Source: Mobula hypostoma
Taxonomy: Eukaryota
Assembly: GCF_963921235.1 (NCBI RefSeq)
Contig: NC_086108.1
Span: 117,678,001-117,742,000 of the forward strand
Direction: 5' to 3'
Length of the DNA: 64,000 bases
The notes under the pieces are model-generated. The model was given only the letters and a program-made list of their open reading frames with translations. It ran no database searches and was not told the DNA's origin. Below are positions 1 to 13,363 of the stretch, piece by piece. A program made the translations under genes and the position numbers. How positions within the stretch are numbered: the first letter of the stretch is position 1; the number at the start of each line of letters is the position of its first letter.

Positions 1-2190
1 GGGTCCTTTCCAGTGAGGCTCAAGCTTCTTTCTAAGATGGTTCTTTATGAGAACAGAGTCCCTGGGCAAACTCGATGTTCATTTTCCAGTTCCTCCCCTT
101 CCCTGTGAGCCTCCTTCACCTGTGAATGCAATACCTGGAGAGATTTGGTTAGTGCCAGGATATACCCTATAATTTCATTCGACATTTCATTCAGGTCCAT
201 CTCAGGTAATTTTGGGGTCAGCAAGGCAGCCTTCCATGGGGTTCTAAATGATCTGCCATGTACTATTTCGGCTGCTGATAAACCATGCTTGGTCTGATAA
301 TGAGTTCTCATCTGGAACAAGACTATTAGCAGCACTTTAAGCCAGTTTTGACCAGTTTCTTGTCCTAGTTTTTAGCCAGATTTTTTTTTCGCATTCCATT
401 AGCCCTTTCAATCAGGCCGGCAGCCTGCGGTCTGTGGGGGTAATGTTTAATACCAAGAGCCTGGCATAGTGTGGTATTAATCTCACCAACAAAATGAGGG
501 CCGTTGTCAGATACAACTTACTCCGGTACTCCGAATCTGGGAATGATTTCTTTCAACAAGATATGCACCATGGTATCGACTTTGTTATCTGTGGTGGGAT
601 ATGTTTCAATCCATCTGCTAAAAACATCAAGTATCACAAGACAATACTTATAACAGTGCATGCGCTGTAATTTGATAAAATTGAGTTGTAGTTGGCAGGA
701 AGGGTATCTTGGCAACTGGATATATCTCTTTGGGCATGGGGTGTCTTTTCCTGGAGTATGTTCTTGGCATATCTTGATATATTATCTGGCAATATTCTCA
801 GCTACTTTCTCCAAGTCTGAGCTCCACCATGATTCCAAACATTGCCTTACCATTCCCTCCTTGCCAAGGTGAGTATTAGTATGTAAAAAATCTACAATAT
901 AGCCCAGTATAGTTTCAGGTACACAGACCTGACGGGCAGGAGTAAGCCAGAGGTCCTCGGTCACTGAGTAAAAATATCCAGCCGATTCCCAGGTGGCTTT
1001 CTCCTTTTAGGGGCGTTCGTCTGCAAAACACAGACATCCTCAATTCCAGGCATGTCCTTTGATTCGGAAACGGGGGATTCAGATTTTCCCAGTGATTAGT
1101 CATTTGGAGAGCAATCAGGCAGCTTGTTTCACAGCTGAGTCCGCTCTGTTGTTTCCACGGTTAGTCTCAGTGGTACCTTTAGTGTGTGCAGAGCGTTTAA
1201 TTGTGAAGGGAGGCAGATGGTTGTCAATGTAAATTTTATTAGTGATGGGCCTGCCGGGGAGGTGACGTAACCCATAGCTTTCCAAAATTGGCCCAAGTCA
1301 TGAGCGGCTCCAAAGGCCTATCTAGAGTCTGTAAAAATACTGGCCGATTTCCCAGTGGCTAGGATGCTTGCTCTCGTGAGTGCAAAGAGTTCAGCTGTCT
1401 GCGCCAAGTGAGGAGAAAGAAAAGGAAGCGGACGCCACGGTTTCTATGTCCAAAACAACAGCATAGTCTACACGGTGCTGGCCTTGGTTGTCCATAAAGG
1501 AGCTTCCATCAACATAGAAAACTAAATCCAGGTTAGCGAGGGGGATGTCAGTCATGTCAGGTCGGACTTCTGTCAGTTGGTGATTTATTGTTGCACAATC
1601 ATGGGGTGGTGAATCTAGACGCTCAGGTGGTCACTCTGAAAAGGTGGCTGGGTTCACAGTAGCGATGGAGGATGAGAGGTGACCTGATAGAGGTGTACAA
1701 GATGATGAGAGGCATTGATTGTGTGGATAGTCAGAGGCTTTTTCCCAGGGCTGAAATGGCTAGCACAAGAGGGCATAGTTTTAAGGTGCTTGGAGGTAGG
1801 TACAGAGGAGATGTCAGGGGTAGGTTTTTTAGGCAGAGAGTGGTGAGTGCGTGGAATGGGCTGCCGGCTGTGGTGGTGGAGGCGGAAACGATAGGGTCTT
1901 TTAAGAGATTCCTGGATGGATACATGGAGCTTAGAAAAATAGAGGACTATGGGTAAGCCTAGGTAGTTCTAAGGTGAGAACATGTTCAGCACAGCTTTGT
2001 GGGCTGAAGGACCTGTATTTTGCTGTAGGTTTTCTATGTTTCTAACGGGGGAAAAATGGAGAAGGGGGTTCTGTAGGAGAAGGACCTCACATCTAGTGTG
2101 GTGGGATTTGGCAAGGCCCAGGAATTTGCACATCTGAGTTGGTGTAGTGTATTAACGATGGGGGTTAATTAGCACAGGCCAAGGGCTGAA
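1..2190 (-). pseudogene. pol: ERV pol remnant (RT connection, RNase H, integrase) with stops, frameshifts and a CR1 insertion at about 1664-2044
   Basis: Minus-strand translations: CEVLLLQNP..VNPATF, HDC..RPDMTDIPL..LVFYVDGS, AQTAELFALTRA..IFTDSR (RNase H); LHTNTHLGKEGM (HHCC zinc finger); YKYCLVILDVFSRWIE..EIIPRFGVP..SDNGPHF (integrase core); LEPHWKGP at the window edge. Confidence 0.92.
1664..2044 (+). mobile_element. 5'-truncated CR1 LINE 3' end inserted in ERV pol
   Basis: MRGDLIEVYKMMRG..QRVVSAWNGLP CR1 ORF2 C-terminus; (tttctatg)n tail; removing it restores the reading frame HFSPV|ATVNPATF. Confidence 0.92.
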
Positions 2191-2627
2191 TCAGGTACCG
2201 ACTGGTTTATTAAGATCTGTACTACATTGCTGCCACACTTGATAACAAAACCTTTTAAAAACAAATACATCTTTCTTTCTGACAAACTAACATACTAGAT
2301 TTTTTTTAAAAAAAGTATAATATAGTGGTATTATTCTTGTCATGAAAAGTATTGTTCAGAATTGGACAAAATCAAAAATCAACCATTTCTCACAAGGAAA
2401 GAAAACAAATATTAACCATATAACCATACAACAATTACAGCATGGAAACAGGCCATCTCGGCCCTTCTAGTCCGTGCCAAACTCTTACCCACACCTAGTT
2501 CCACCGACCTGCACTCAGCCTATAACCCTCCATTCCTTTCCTGTCCATATAGTTGTCCAATTTAACTTCAAAACGACAACATTGAACCTGCCTCAACCAC
2601 TTCTGCTGGAAGCTCGTTCCACACAGT

Positions 2628-5600
2628 TACCATAAGACCATAAGACAAAGGAGCAGAAGTCAGCCATTCGGCCCATCGACTCTGCTCCACCATTTTATCA
2701 TGAGCTGATCCATTCTCCCATTTAGTCCCACTCCCCCGCCTTCTCACCATAACCTTTGATGCCCTGACTACTCAGATACCTATCAATCTCTGCCTTAAAT
2801 ACACCCAATGACTTGGCCTCCACTGCTGCCCGTGGCAACAAATTCCATAGATTCACCACCACCCTCTGGCTTAAAAAAATTTCTCCGCATTTCTGTTCTG
2901 AATGGGTGCCCCTTCAATCCTTTAGTCATGCCCTCTCGTACTAGACTCCCCCATCATGGGAAACAACTTTGCCACATCCACTCTGTCCACACCTTTCAAC
3001 ATCGAAATGTTTCTATGAGGTCTCCCCTCATTCTTCCAAACTCCAAGGAATACAATCCAAGAGCGGACAAACGTTCCTCATATGTTAACCCTCTCATTCC
3101 TGGAATCATTCTAGTGAATCTTCTCTGTGCCCTCTCCTACGTCAGCACATCCTTTCTTAAATAAGGAGACCAAAACTGCTCACAGTACTCCAAGTGAGGT
3201 CTCACCAGCGTCTTATAGAGCCTCAACATCACATCCCTGCTCCTATACTCCCTTCCTCTAGAAATGAATGCCAACATTGCATTCGCCTTCTTTACCACCG
3301 ACTCAACCTCGAGGTTAACCTTAAGGGTATCCTGTATGAGGACTCCCAAGTCCTGTTGCATCTCAGAACTTTGAATTCTTTCCCCATTTAAATAATAGTC
3401 TGCCCGTTTATTTTTTCTGCCAAAGTGCATAACCATACACCTTCTAACATTGTATTTTATTTGCCACTTCTTTACCCATTCTTCCAATCTATCCAAGTCT
3501 CTCTGTAGACTCTCTGATTCCTCAGCACTACCGGCCCCTGCACCTATCTTCGTATCATCAGCAAACTTAGCCACAAAGCCATCTATTCCATAATCCAAAT
3601 CGTTGATGTACAATGTAAAAAGAAGCGGCCCCAACACGGACCCCTGTGGAACACCACTGGTAACCGGCAGCCAACCAGAATGGGATCCCTTTATTCCCAC
3701 TCTCTGTTTCCTGCCAATCAGCCAACGCTCTATCCACGTATGTAACTTTCCCGTAATTCCATGGGCTCTTATCTTGTTAACTAGCCTCGTGTGGCACCTT
3801 GTCAAAGGCCTTCTGAAAATCCAAATATACAACATCCTCTGCATCTCCCTTGTCTAGCCTACTTGTAATTTCCTCAAAAAATTGTAATAGGTTTGTCAGG
3901 CAGGATTTTCCTTTAAGGAATCCATGCTGAGTTCTGCCTATCTTATCATATGCCTCCGGGTACTCTGTAACCTCATCCTTGACAATCGACTCCAACAACT
4001 TCCCAACCACCAATGTCAAGCTAACAGGTCTATAATTTCCTTTTTGCTTCCTTGCCCCCTTCTTAAATAGCGGAGTGACATTTGCAATCTTCCAGTCCTC
4101 CAGAACCATGCCAAAATCTATTGACTTTTGAAAGATCATTGCTAATGCCTCCGCAATCTCCACAGCTACTTCCTTCAGAACACGAGGGTGCATTCCATCT
4201 GGTCCGAGAGATATATCTACCTTTAGACTATTCAGCTCCCTGAGTACTTTCTCTGTCGTAATTGTGACTGCACACACTTCGCTTCCCTGCCACCCTTGAG
4301 TGTCCAGTATACTGCTGTCTTCCTCGGTGAAGACTGATGGCAGTTCCTCTGCCATCTCCTCATCTCCCATTACAATTTCTCCAGCATCATTTTCTATCGG
4401 TCCTATATCTACTCTCACCTGTCTTTTACTCTTTATATACTTGAAAAAACTTTTAGTATCCTCTTTGATATTATCTGCTAGCTTTCTCTCATTGTTAATA
4501 TTTTCCCTCTTAATGACCTTCTTAGTTTCCTTTTGTAAGCTTTTAAAAACTTCCCAATCATCTGTGTTCCCACTAATTTTTGCTTCCTTGTATGCCCTCT
4601 CCTTTGCTTTAACTTTGGCTTTGACTTCTCTAGTCAACCACGGTTGCATCCTTTTTCCATTCGAAAATTTCTTCTTTTTTGGAATATACCTGTCTTGCAC
4701 CTTCCTCATTTCTCGCATAAACTCCAGCCACTGCTGCTGTGCCATCCTTCCCGCCAGTGTCCCTTTCCAGTCAACTTTGGCCAGTTCCTCTATCATGTCA
4801 CTGTAATTTCCTTTACTCCACTGAAATACCGACACATCGGATTTCGGCTTCTCTCTTTCAACTTTCATAGTGAACTCCATCATGTTATGATCACTGTCTC
4901 CTAAGGGTTCCTTCACCTCAATCTCTCTAATCACCTCCGGTTCATTACACAATACCCAATCCAGTACAGCCGATCCCCTAGTGGGCTCAACAACAAGCTG
5001 TTCTAAAAAGCCATCTCGCAGACATTCTATAAATTCTCTTGAGATCCAGTGCCGACCTGATTTTCCCAATCCACTTGCATGTTAAAATCCCCCACAATTA
5101 TCATAACACTGCCCTTCTGACAAGCCTTTTTTATTTCCTGTTGTAATTTGTAGTCCACATCACTGCAGCTGTTTGGAGGCCTATAAATAACTGCCATCAG
5201 GGTCCTTTTACCCCTGCGATTTCTTAGCTCAACCAATAAAGATTCTGCACCTTCTGATCCTATATCACCTCTTTCTAATGATTTAATATCATTTCTTACA
5301 AATAAAGCCAAGCCTCCCCCTTTGCCTACCTTCCTATCCTTCCGATACACCGTGTATCCTTGGATGTTCAGCTCCCAGAGACATGTATCCTTTAGCCACG
5401 TCTCAGTGATGGCCACAATATCATACCTGCCAATCTGTAGCTGTACAACAAGATCATCCACCTTATTTCTTATGTTACGTGCATTTAAGTATAACACCTT
5501 AAGACCAGTATTTGGTACTTATCGCTTTGATTTCACTGCAACTTTATTGCACTGCAACTCATCCCAATGGCTACAAATTTGCCCCATCACCTGCCTGTCT

Positions 5601-5688
5601 TTCCTGACATCTTTACTGCTCACTATCTTAGATTTATTTCTGTTTTCCCCTTCCTCCGCTCTATCATTCCGGTTCCCATCCCTCTGCC
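2628..5688 (-). mobile_element. CR1 LINE ORF2 (APE endonuclease plus RT), frameshifted
   Basis: [45 protein letters not shown]; (ccataaga)n tail on the + strand. Confidence 0.93.
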
Positions 5689-6487
5689 ACTCTGAGTAAA
5701 GAAGTTCCCCCTCATGTTACCCCTAAATACCTCTATCAAGTCCCCTCTCAACTTCTACGTTCCAAAGAATAAAGACCCAACTTGTTCAACCTTTCTCTGT
5801 AACTTAGGTGATGAAACCCAGGAAACATTGTAGTAAATCTTCTCTGTACTCTCTCTATTTTGTTGACATCTTTCCTATAATTCGGTGAGCAGAACTATAC
5901 ACAATACTCCAAATTTGGCCTCACCAATGCCTTGTACAATTTTAACATTACATCCCAACTCCTATACTCAGTGCTCTGATTTATAAAGGCCAGCATACCA
6001 AAAGCTGTCTTCACCACCCTATCTACATGATATTCCACCTTCGGAGAACTATGCACCATTATTCCTAGATCCCTCTGTCCTACTGCATTCTTCAATGTCC
6101 TATTTTGATTAGTCCTACCAAAATGTAGCACCTTACACTTATCAGCATTAAACTCCATCTGCCATCTTTCAGCCCACTCTTCTAACTGGCTTAAATCTCT
6201 CTGCAAGCTTTGAAAACCTACTTCATTATCCACAACTCCACCTATCTTAGTATCATTTGCATACTTACTCATCCAATTTACCACCCCATCATCCAGATCA
6301 TTAATGTATATGACAAACAACCTTGGACCCAGTACAGATCCCTGAGGCACACCACTAGTCACCAGCCTCCAACCTGACGAACAGTTATCTACCACTACTC
6401 TGTAGTGTCTCTCATCCAGCCACTGTTGAATCTATTTTACTACTTCAATATTAATACCCAACAATTGAACCTTCCTAGCTACCCTTC

Positions 6488-7575
6488 CATGGTAGTAAAT
6501 TGGATTAGACATTGGCTCGATGGAAGAAGCCAGAGACTGGTGGTAGAGAATTGCTTCTCTGAGTGGAGGCCTGTGACTAGTGGTGTGCCACAGGGATCAG
6601 TGCTGGGTCCATTGTTATTTGTCATCTATATCAATGATCTGGATGATAATGTGGTAAATTGGATCAGCAAGTTTGCTGATGATACAAAGATTGGAGGTGT
6701 AGTAGACAGTGAGGAAGGTTTTCAGAGCCTGCAGAGGGACTTGGACCAGCTGGAAAAATGGCAGATGGAGTTTAATACTGACAAGTGTGAGGTATTGCAC
6801 GTTGGAAGGACAAACCAACGTAGAACATACAGGGTTAATGGTAAGGCACTGAGGAGTGCAGTGGAACAGGAGGATCTGGGAATACAGATACAAAATTCCT
6901 TAAAAGTGTCGTCACAGGTAGATAGGGTCGTAAAGAGAGCTTTTGGTACATTGGCCTTTATTTTTCGAAGTATTGAGTATAAGAGCTGGAATGTTATGAT
7001 GAGGTTGTATAAGGCATTGGTGAGGCCGAATCTGGAGTATTGTGTTCAGTTTTGGTCACCAAATTACAGGAAGGATATAAATAAGGTTGAAAGAGTGCAG
7101 AGAAGGTTTACAAGGATGTTGCTGGGACTTGAGAAACTCAGTAACAGAGAAAGGTTGAATAGGTTAGGACTTTATTCCCTGGAGCGTAGAAGAATGAGGG
7201 GAGATTTGATAGAGGTATATAAAATTATGATGGGTATAGATAGAGTGAATGCAAGCAGGCTTTTTCCACTGAGGCAAGGGGAGAAAAAAACCAGAGGACA
7301 TGGGTTAAGGGTGAGGGGAGAAAAGTTTGAAGGGAACATTAGGGGGGGGCTTCTTCACACAGAGAGTGGTGGGAGTATGGAATGAGCTGCCAGACGAGGT
7401 GGTAAATGTGGGTTCTTTTTTAACATTTAAGAATAAATTGGACAGATACATGGATGGGAGGTGTATGGAGGGATATGGTCCGTGTGCAGGTCAGTGGGAC
7501 TAGGCAGAAAATGGATCGGCATAGACAAGAAGGGCCAAAGGGCCTGTTTCTGTGCTGTAGTTTCTATGGTTCTAT
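6488..7575 (+). mobile_element. 5'-truncated CR1 LINE
   Basis: ORF 6405-7385 with PQGSVLGP and FADDTK; tail gtttctatggttctat. Confidence 0.93.
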
Positions 7576-8045
7576 GTGGAACCTTGTCAAAGGCCTTACT
7601 GAAGTCCATATAGACAACTTCCACTGCTTTACCCTCGTCAACTTTCCCAGTAACCTCTTCAAAAAATTCAATAAGATTTGTCAAATATGACCTTCCACGC
7701 ACAAATACATGTTGATTGTTCCTAATCAGACCTTGTCTATCCATATAATTATATATACCATCTCTAAGAATACTTTCCATTAATTTACCCACCACTGACA
7801 TCAAACTTACAGGCCGATAATTGCTAGGTTTACTCTTAGCACCCTTTTTATACAATGGACCAACATGAGCAATATGCCAATCTTCCGGCACCATCCCCAT
7901 TTCTAATGACATTTGAAATATTTCTGTCAGAGCCCCTGCTATTTCGTCACTGACCTCCATCAAGGTCCTAGGGAATATCTTGTCAGGACCTGGAGAGTTA
8001 TCCACTTTAATATTCCTTAAAAGTGCCAATACTTCCTCTTCTTTA

Positions 8046-10937
8046 GAAACATAGAAAATAGGTGCAGGAGTAGGTCATTCGGCCCTTCGAGCCTGCACCG
8101 CCATTTATTATGATCATGGCTGATCATCCAACTCAGAACCCTGCACCAGCCATCCCTCCATACCCCCTGATCCCCGTAGCCACAAGGGCCATATCTAACT
8201 CCCTCTTAAATATAGTCAATGAACTGGCCTCAACTGTTTCCTGTGGCAGAGAATTCCACAGATTCACCACTCTCTGTGTGAACAAGTTTTTCCTAATCTC
8301 GGTCCTAAAAGGCTTCCCCTTTATCCTCAAACTGTGACCCCTCATTCTGGACTTCCCCAACATCGGGAACAATCTTCCTGCATCTAGCCTGTCCAATCCC
8401 TTTAGGATTTTATACGTTTCAATCAGATCCCACCTCAATCTTCTAAATTCCAACGAGTATAAGCCCAGTTCATCCAGTCTTTCTTCATATGAAAGTCCTG
8501 CCATCCCAGGAATCAATCTGGTGAACCTTCTTTGTACTCCCTCTATGGCAAGGATGTCTTTCCTCAGATTAGGGGACCAAAACTGCACACAATACTCCAG
8601 GTGTGGTCTCACCAAGGCCTTGTACAACTGCAGTAGTACCTCCCTGCTCCTGTACTCGAATCCTCTCGCTATAAATGCCAGCATACCATTCGCCTTTTTC
8701 ACCGCCTGCTGTACCTGCATGCCCACTTTCAATAACTGGTGTATAATGACACCCAGGTCTCATTGCACCTTCCCTTTTCCTAATCGGCCACCATTCAGAT
8801 AATAATCTGTTTTCCTATTTTTGCCACCAAAGTGGATAACATCACATTTATCCACATTAAATTGCATCTGCCATGAATTTGCCCACTCACCCAACCTATC
8901 CAAGTCACCCTGCATCCTCCTCACAGCTAACACTGCCACCCAGCTTCGTGTCATCTGCAAACTTGGAGATGCTGCATTTGATTCCCTCATCCAAGTCATT
9001 AATATATATTGTAAACAACTGGGGTCCCAGCACTGAGCCTTGCAGTACCCCACTAGTCACTGCCTGCCATTCTGAAAAGGTCTCGTTTATTCCCACTCTT
9101 TGCTTCCTGTCTGCTAACCAATTCTCTATCCACATCAATACCTTACCCCCAATACCGTGTGCTTTAAGTTTGCACACTAATCTCCTGTGTGGGACCTTGT
9201 CAAAAGCCTTTTGAAAATCCAAATATACCACATCCACTGGTTCTCCCCTATCCACTATACTAGTGACATCCTCAAAAAATTCTATGAGATTTGTCAGACA
9301 TGATTTTCCTTTCACAAATCCATGCTGACTTTGTCCAATGATTTCACCACTTTCCAAATGTGCTGTTATCACATCTTTGATAACTGACTCCAGCAGTTTC
9401 CCCACCACTGACGTTAGGTTAACCGGTCTATAATTCCCCGGTTTCTCTCTCCCTCCTTTTTTAAAAAGTGGGGTTACATTAGCCACCCTCCAATCCTCAG
9501 GAACTAGTCCAGAATCTAACGAGTTTTGAAAAATTATCACTAATGCATCCACTATTTCTTGGGCTACTTCCTTAAGCACTCTGGGATGCAGACCATCTGG
9601 CCCTGGGGATTTATCTGCCTTTAATCCCTTCAATTTACCCAACACCACTTCCCTACTAACATGTATTTCGCTCAGTTCCTCCATCTCACTGGACCCTCTG
9701 TCCCCTACTATTTCTGGAAGATTATTTATGTCCTCCTTAGTGAAGACAGAACCAAAGTAATTATTCAATTGGTCTGCCATGTCCTTGCTCCCCATAATCA
9801 ATTCACCTGTTTCTGTCTGTAGGGGACCTACATTTGTCTTTACCAGTCTTTTCCTTTTTACATATCTATAAAAGCTTTTACAGTCCGTTTTTATGTTCCC
9901 TGCCAGTTTTCTCTCATAATCTTTTTTCCCCTTCCTAATTAAGCCCTTTGCCCTCCTCTGCTGAACTCTGAATTTCTCCCAGTCCTCAGGTGAGCCACTT
10001 TTTCTGGCTAATTTGTATGCTTCTTCTTTGGAATTGATACTATCCCTAATTTCTCTTGTCAGCCACGGGTGCACTACCTTCCTTGATTTATTCTTTTGCC
10101 AAACTGGGATGAACAATTGTTGTAGTTCATCCATGCAATCTTTAAATGTTTGCCATTGCATATCCACCGTCAATCCTTTAAGTGTCATTTGCCAGTCTAT
10201 CTTAGCTAATTCACGTCTCGTACCTTCAAAGTTACCCTTCTTTAAGTTCAGAACCTTTGTTTCTGAATTAACTATGTCACTCTCCATCTTAATGAAGAAT
10301 TCCACCATATTATGGTCACTCTTACCCAAGGGGCCTCTCACGACAAGATTGCTAATTAACCCTTCCTCATTGCTCAAAACCCAGTCTAGAATAGCCTGCT
10401 CTCTAGTTGGTTCCTCGACATGTTGGTTCAAAAAACCATCCCGCATACATTCCAAGAAATCCTCTTCCTCAGCACCTTTACCAATTTGGTTCACCCAATC
10501 TACATGTAGATTGAAGTCACCCATTATAACTGCTGTTCCTTTATTGCACACATTTCTAATTTCCTGTTTAATACCATCTCCGACCTCACTACTACTGTTA
10601 GGTGGCCTGTACACAACTCCCACCAGCGTTTTCTGCCCCTTAGTGTTACGCAGCTCTACCCGTATCGATTCCACATCTTCCCAGCTTATGTCCTTCCTTT
10701 CTATTGCGTTAATCTCATCTTTAACCAGCAACGCCACCCCACCTCCTTTTCTTTCATGTCTATCCCTCCTGAATATTGAATATCCCTGAACGTTGAGCTC
10801 CTATCCTCGGTCACCCTGGAGCCATGTCTCTGTGATCCCAACTATATCATAATCATTAATAACAATCTGCACTTTCAATTCATCCACCTTGTTACAAAAG
10901 CTCCTTGCACTGACACACAAAGCCTTCAGGCGCTCTT
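8046..10937 (-). mobile_element. CR1 LINE ORF2 (endonuclease plus RT)
   Basis: 610-aa ORF 8905-10737 plus 8133-8732; agaaacatag tail. Confidence 0.93.
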
Positions 10938-11347
10938 TTCATCATAGCTCTAATCATCATAGTTTCCATATCTTCCCTACCTTACACAATTCAATATCCT
11001 TCTCCTCAGTGAATATCGAAGAAAAGAAATTGTTCAAAATCTCCCCCATCTCTTTTGGTTTCACACATAGCTGTCTACTCTGATTCCCTAAGGGACCAAT
11101 TTTATCCCTCATTATCCTTTTGCTATTAATATAACTGTAGAAACCCTTTGGATTTATTTTCACCCTACTTGCCAAAGCAACCTCGTATCTTTTAGCTTTT
11201 CTCATTTCTTTCTTAAGATTCTTTTTACATTCTTTATATTCCTCGAGCACCTCATTTACTCCATGCTGCCTATATTTATTGTAGATATCTCTCTTTTTCT
11301 GAACCAAGTCTCCAATATCCCTTGAAAACCATGGTTCTCTCAAACTT

Positions 11348-11570
11348 AAACACGAGGAATTCTGCAGATGCTGGAAATTCAAGCAACACACATCAAGGTT
11401 GCTGGTGAACACAGCAGGCCAGGCAGCATCTCTAGGAAGAGGTACAGTCGACGTTTCGGGCCAAGACCCTTCATCAGGACTAAGGGTCTCGGCCCGAAAC
11501 GTCGACTGTACCTCTTCCTAGAGATGCTGCCTGGCCTGCTGCATTCACCAGCAACTTTGATGTGTGATGC
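11348..11570. mobile_element. Fold-back Penelope-like element terminal-repeat insertion
   Basis: 89-bp inverted arms 11383-11471 and 11482-11570; 35-nt unpaired extension; TSD tctctcaaactt/tctcttaaactt. Confidence 0.85.
11446..11481 (-). ncRNA. Minimal type I hammerhead ribozyme motif (PLE-associated)
   Basis: AGTC CTGATGA AGGGTCTTGGCCC GAAA CG TC GACT: CUGANGA/GAAA/GUC core with helix I AGTC:GACT. Confidence 0.7.
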
Positions 11571-11789
11571 TCTCTTAAACTTTTACCCTTTCCCTTCAAC
11601 CTAACAGGAACATAAAGATTCCGTACCCTCAAAATTTCACCTTTAAATGACCTCCATTTCTCTATTACATCCTTCCCATAAAACAAATTGTCCCAGTCGA
11701 CTCCTTCTAAATCCTTTCGCATCTCCTTAAAGTTAGCCTTTCTCCAATCAAATTTCTAGAAATACTTTGTGAACTACTAACTAATTTTA

Positions 11790-13104
11790 AATGGCTTTCT
11801 GACCGGTTTATATTGTTGACTTTAACCTCGTCGGCCGCCTTACTGGGCAGGGCTTGGAGGAGGAGAGCATAGCACTATGGGGGCTGGTTCCCTGCTGCGT
11901 ACAGCGCATCTCCCGATTGTACAGAATAAACGGCATCAAAGCGTTCTAAAAAATCATCGGGGGTCTCAACTTTCCTGGGTTTACACTCTAAGACCTTAGT
12001 CACATCTGTGGAGGGGGCCAGAACATCCAATATATTTTCAATCATCCGTGGGTCGGTTTGCCCGGTCGCGATTAATTGGTCGTAATTGCCATGTCCGAGC
12101 AGAGTGGTGGATCGTGTCTGATCAGTAGGAGTAAGGGTGACCATAGCCAGAGGGAACAAATCTCGAGAGTTAGCGGAATAAATAGTCAGGACAGTATTCA
12201 GTGTACCACAGAGTTCGGAAGGGGTCCAGGGTTTATGGATTTCCATATTAGGTGGTTGTCCCGCCACTCCGGCTTGTGGGTTAGGAACGGTTCTCAGGGT
12301 AATTGATACTGAGTCTGTATCGGTCCCGGTAAAACCAATGGCCCTTGTTCAGGGGTCCAGTCCGGGAAAGGTGCAGGCTGACTCCGCGAGCGAGCAAAAA
12401 CGGGTACAGTATTGGGCTTCCCAACCGTTCTGGAGAAACTACATGGGTTGGTGGCGATGCAATGACTGTCGAGTTGGCGACTGAGGCACCAGGGCGAGAT
12501 CCATATGGGATGGGAAACCGATCATGGTAAAGCAGGCGCCGACGCAGCTGTGGATAGTACGGTGGGATTATTAGGTCGCCTTATCAATTACCAATCATCA
12601 TCATTATCGCTTGGGGAATTGGTCGGTATGTCTGGATAGAGGCGGGGTTTCCCAGAATTATTTTTATTTTCCGATTCCCTTTCTTCGTTTTTCCATGGCC
12701 AGTATGTTTGTCTCCAGTCAATTTTCTTCCGCCTACTTGTCTGTTCCTGTTCCTTATCCCATTTTTTCACAAATTGCTCTCAACTCTTTCCAACTCCTGA
12801 TTGCCTCTTTCATCACGTACATCTATCCTTCTTCGCTTAGTGTTATCGGTCTACAGTTTAATTTATGTTTGTCTTCTTTTATTTCTGCCTCGTCGCCATA
12901 GACCAATCAGGGCTTCCCTGCCTTCTCTTTCCATATTAACTTTAAATCAAATGTACCTCCTTCAGGCCAATTGTCTTTTCCCAGATGTTTAGACAATTGG
13001 AACGACATTTGTCTGAGTTTCTTTCTCTGGATATTTGTATATTATTTTTTGTAACGGACTACTCCCCCCCAACCCCCGCTCCCTTTGTCTAAACGCGCAC
13101 CCAT
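11790..13104 (-). pseudogene. gag: ERV gag remnant (matrix, late domains, capsid)
   Basis: ATG at 13104 gives MGARLDK (Gly2); WPEGGTFDLKLI resembles the gammaretroviral matrix motif; LYPDI and PPYY late-domain-like motifs; KVLECKPRKVETPDDFLERF resembles the major homology region; many stops and frameshifts. Confidence 0.85.
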
Positions 13105-13363
13105 TGTATTCCGGGGGACTCGAACCGCCGTCTTGACTTACTTGTCCGGGGATCTCGAACCGCCCGTATTGACTTACTATTCCCCTTGGGTCGCGTTAAG
13201 GGACTTCAACCGCCAAAATGAGGGAAGAAACAGTATCGTCAGGGAGCAGAGAGGAATCAAGCAAGATTCAAGCTTACCTTGTGGGCCCGTTTGTCTCTGA
13301 TTCACCCCAACAGTCCGTCGGTCCACTTATTCAATTTTGGCGAGCTGTCTACCACATATTGGG

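Larger units (their letters stand above)
2415..11752 (-). mobile_element. CR1 LINE (host of the nest), in pieces at about 2415-2627, 5688-6487, 7576-8044, 10940-11347 and 11571-11752
   Basis: Collinear ORF2 fragments (ORFs 5895-6395, 7427-8029, 10957-11412, 11480-11722) rejoin across four younger insertions. Confidence 0.85.

Noticed and set aside
8905..10737. 610-aa ORF as an active or domesticated RT gene
   Set aside because: Ordinary CR1 ORF2, broken just after FADD and 5'-truncated; the other CR1 ORFs are also interrupted.
13084..13104. MGAR start resembling HIV Gag
   Set aside because: Four-residue coincidence; the matrix, RNase H and integrase motifs are class I, not lentiviral.
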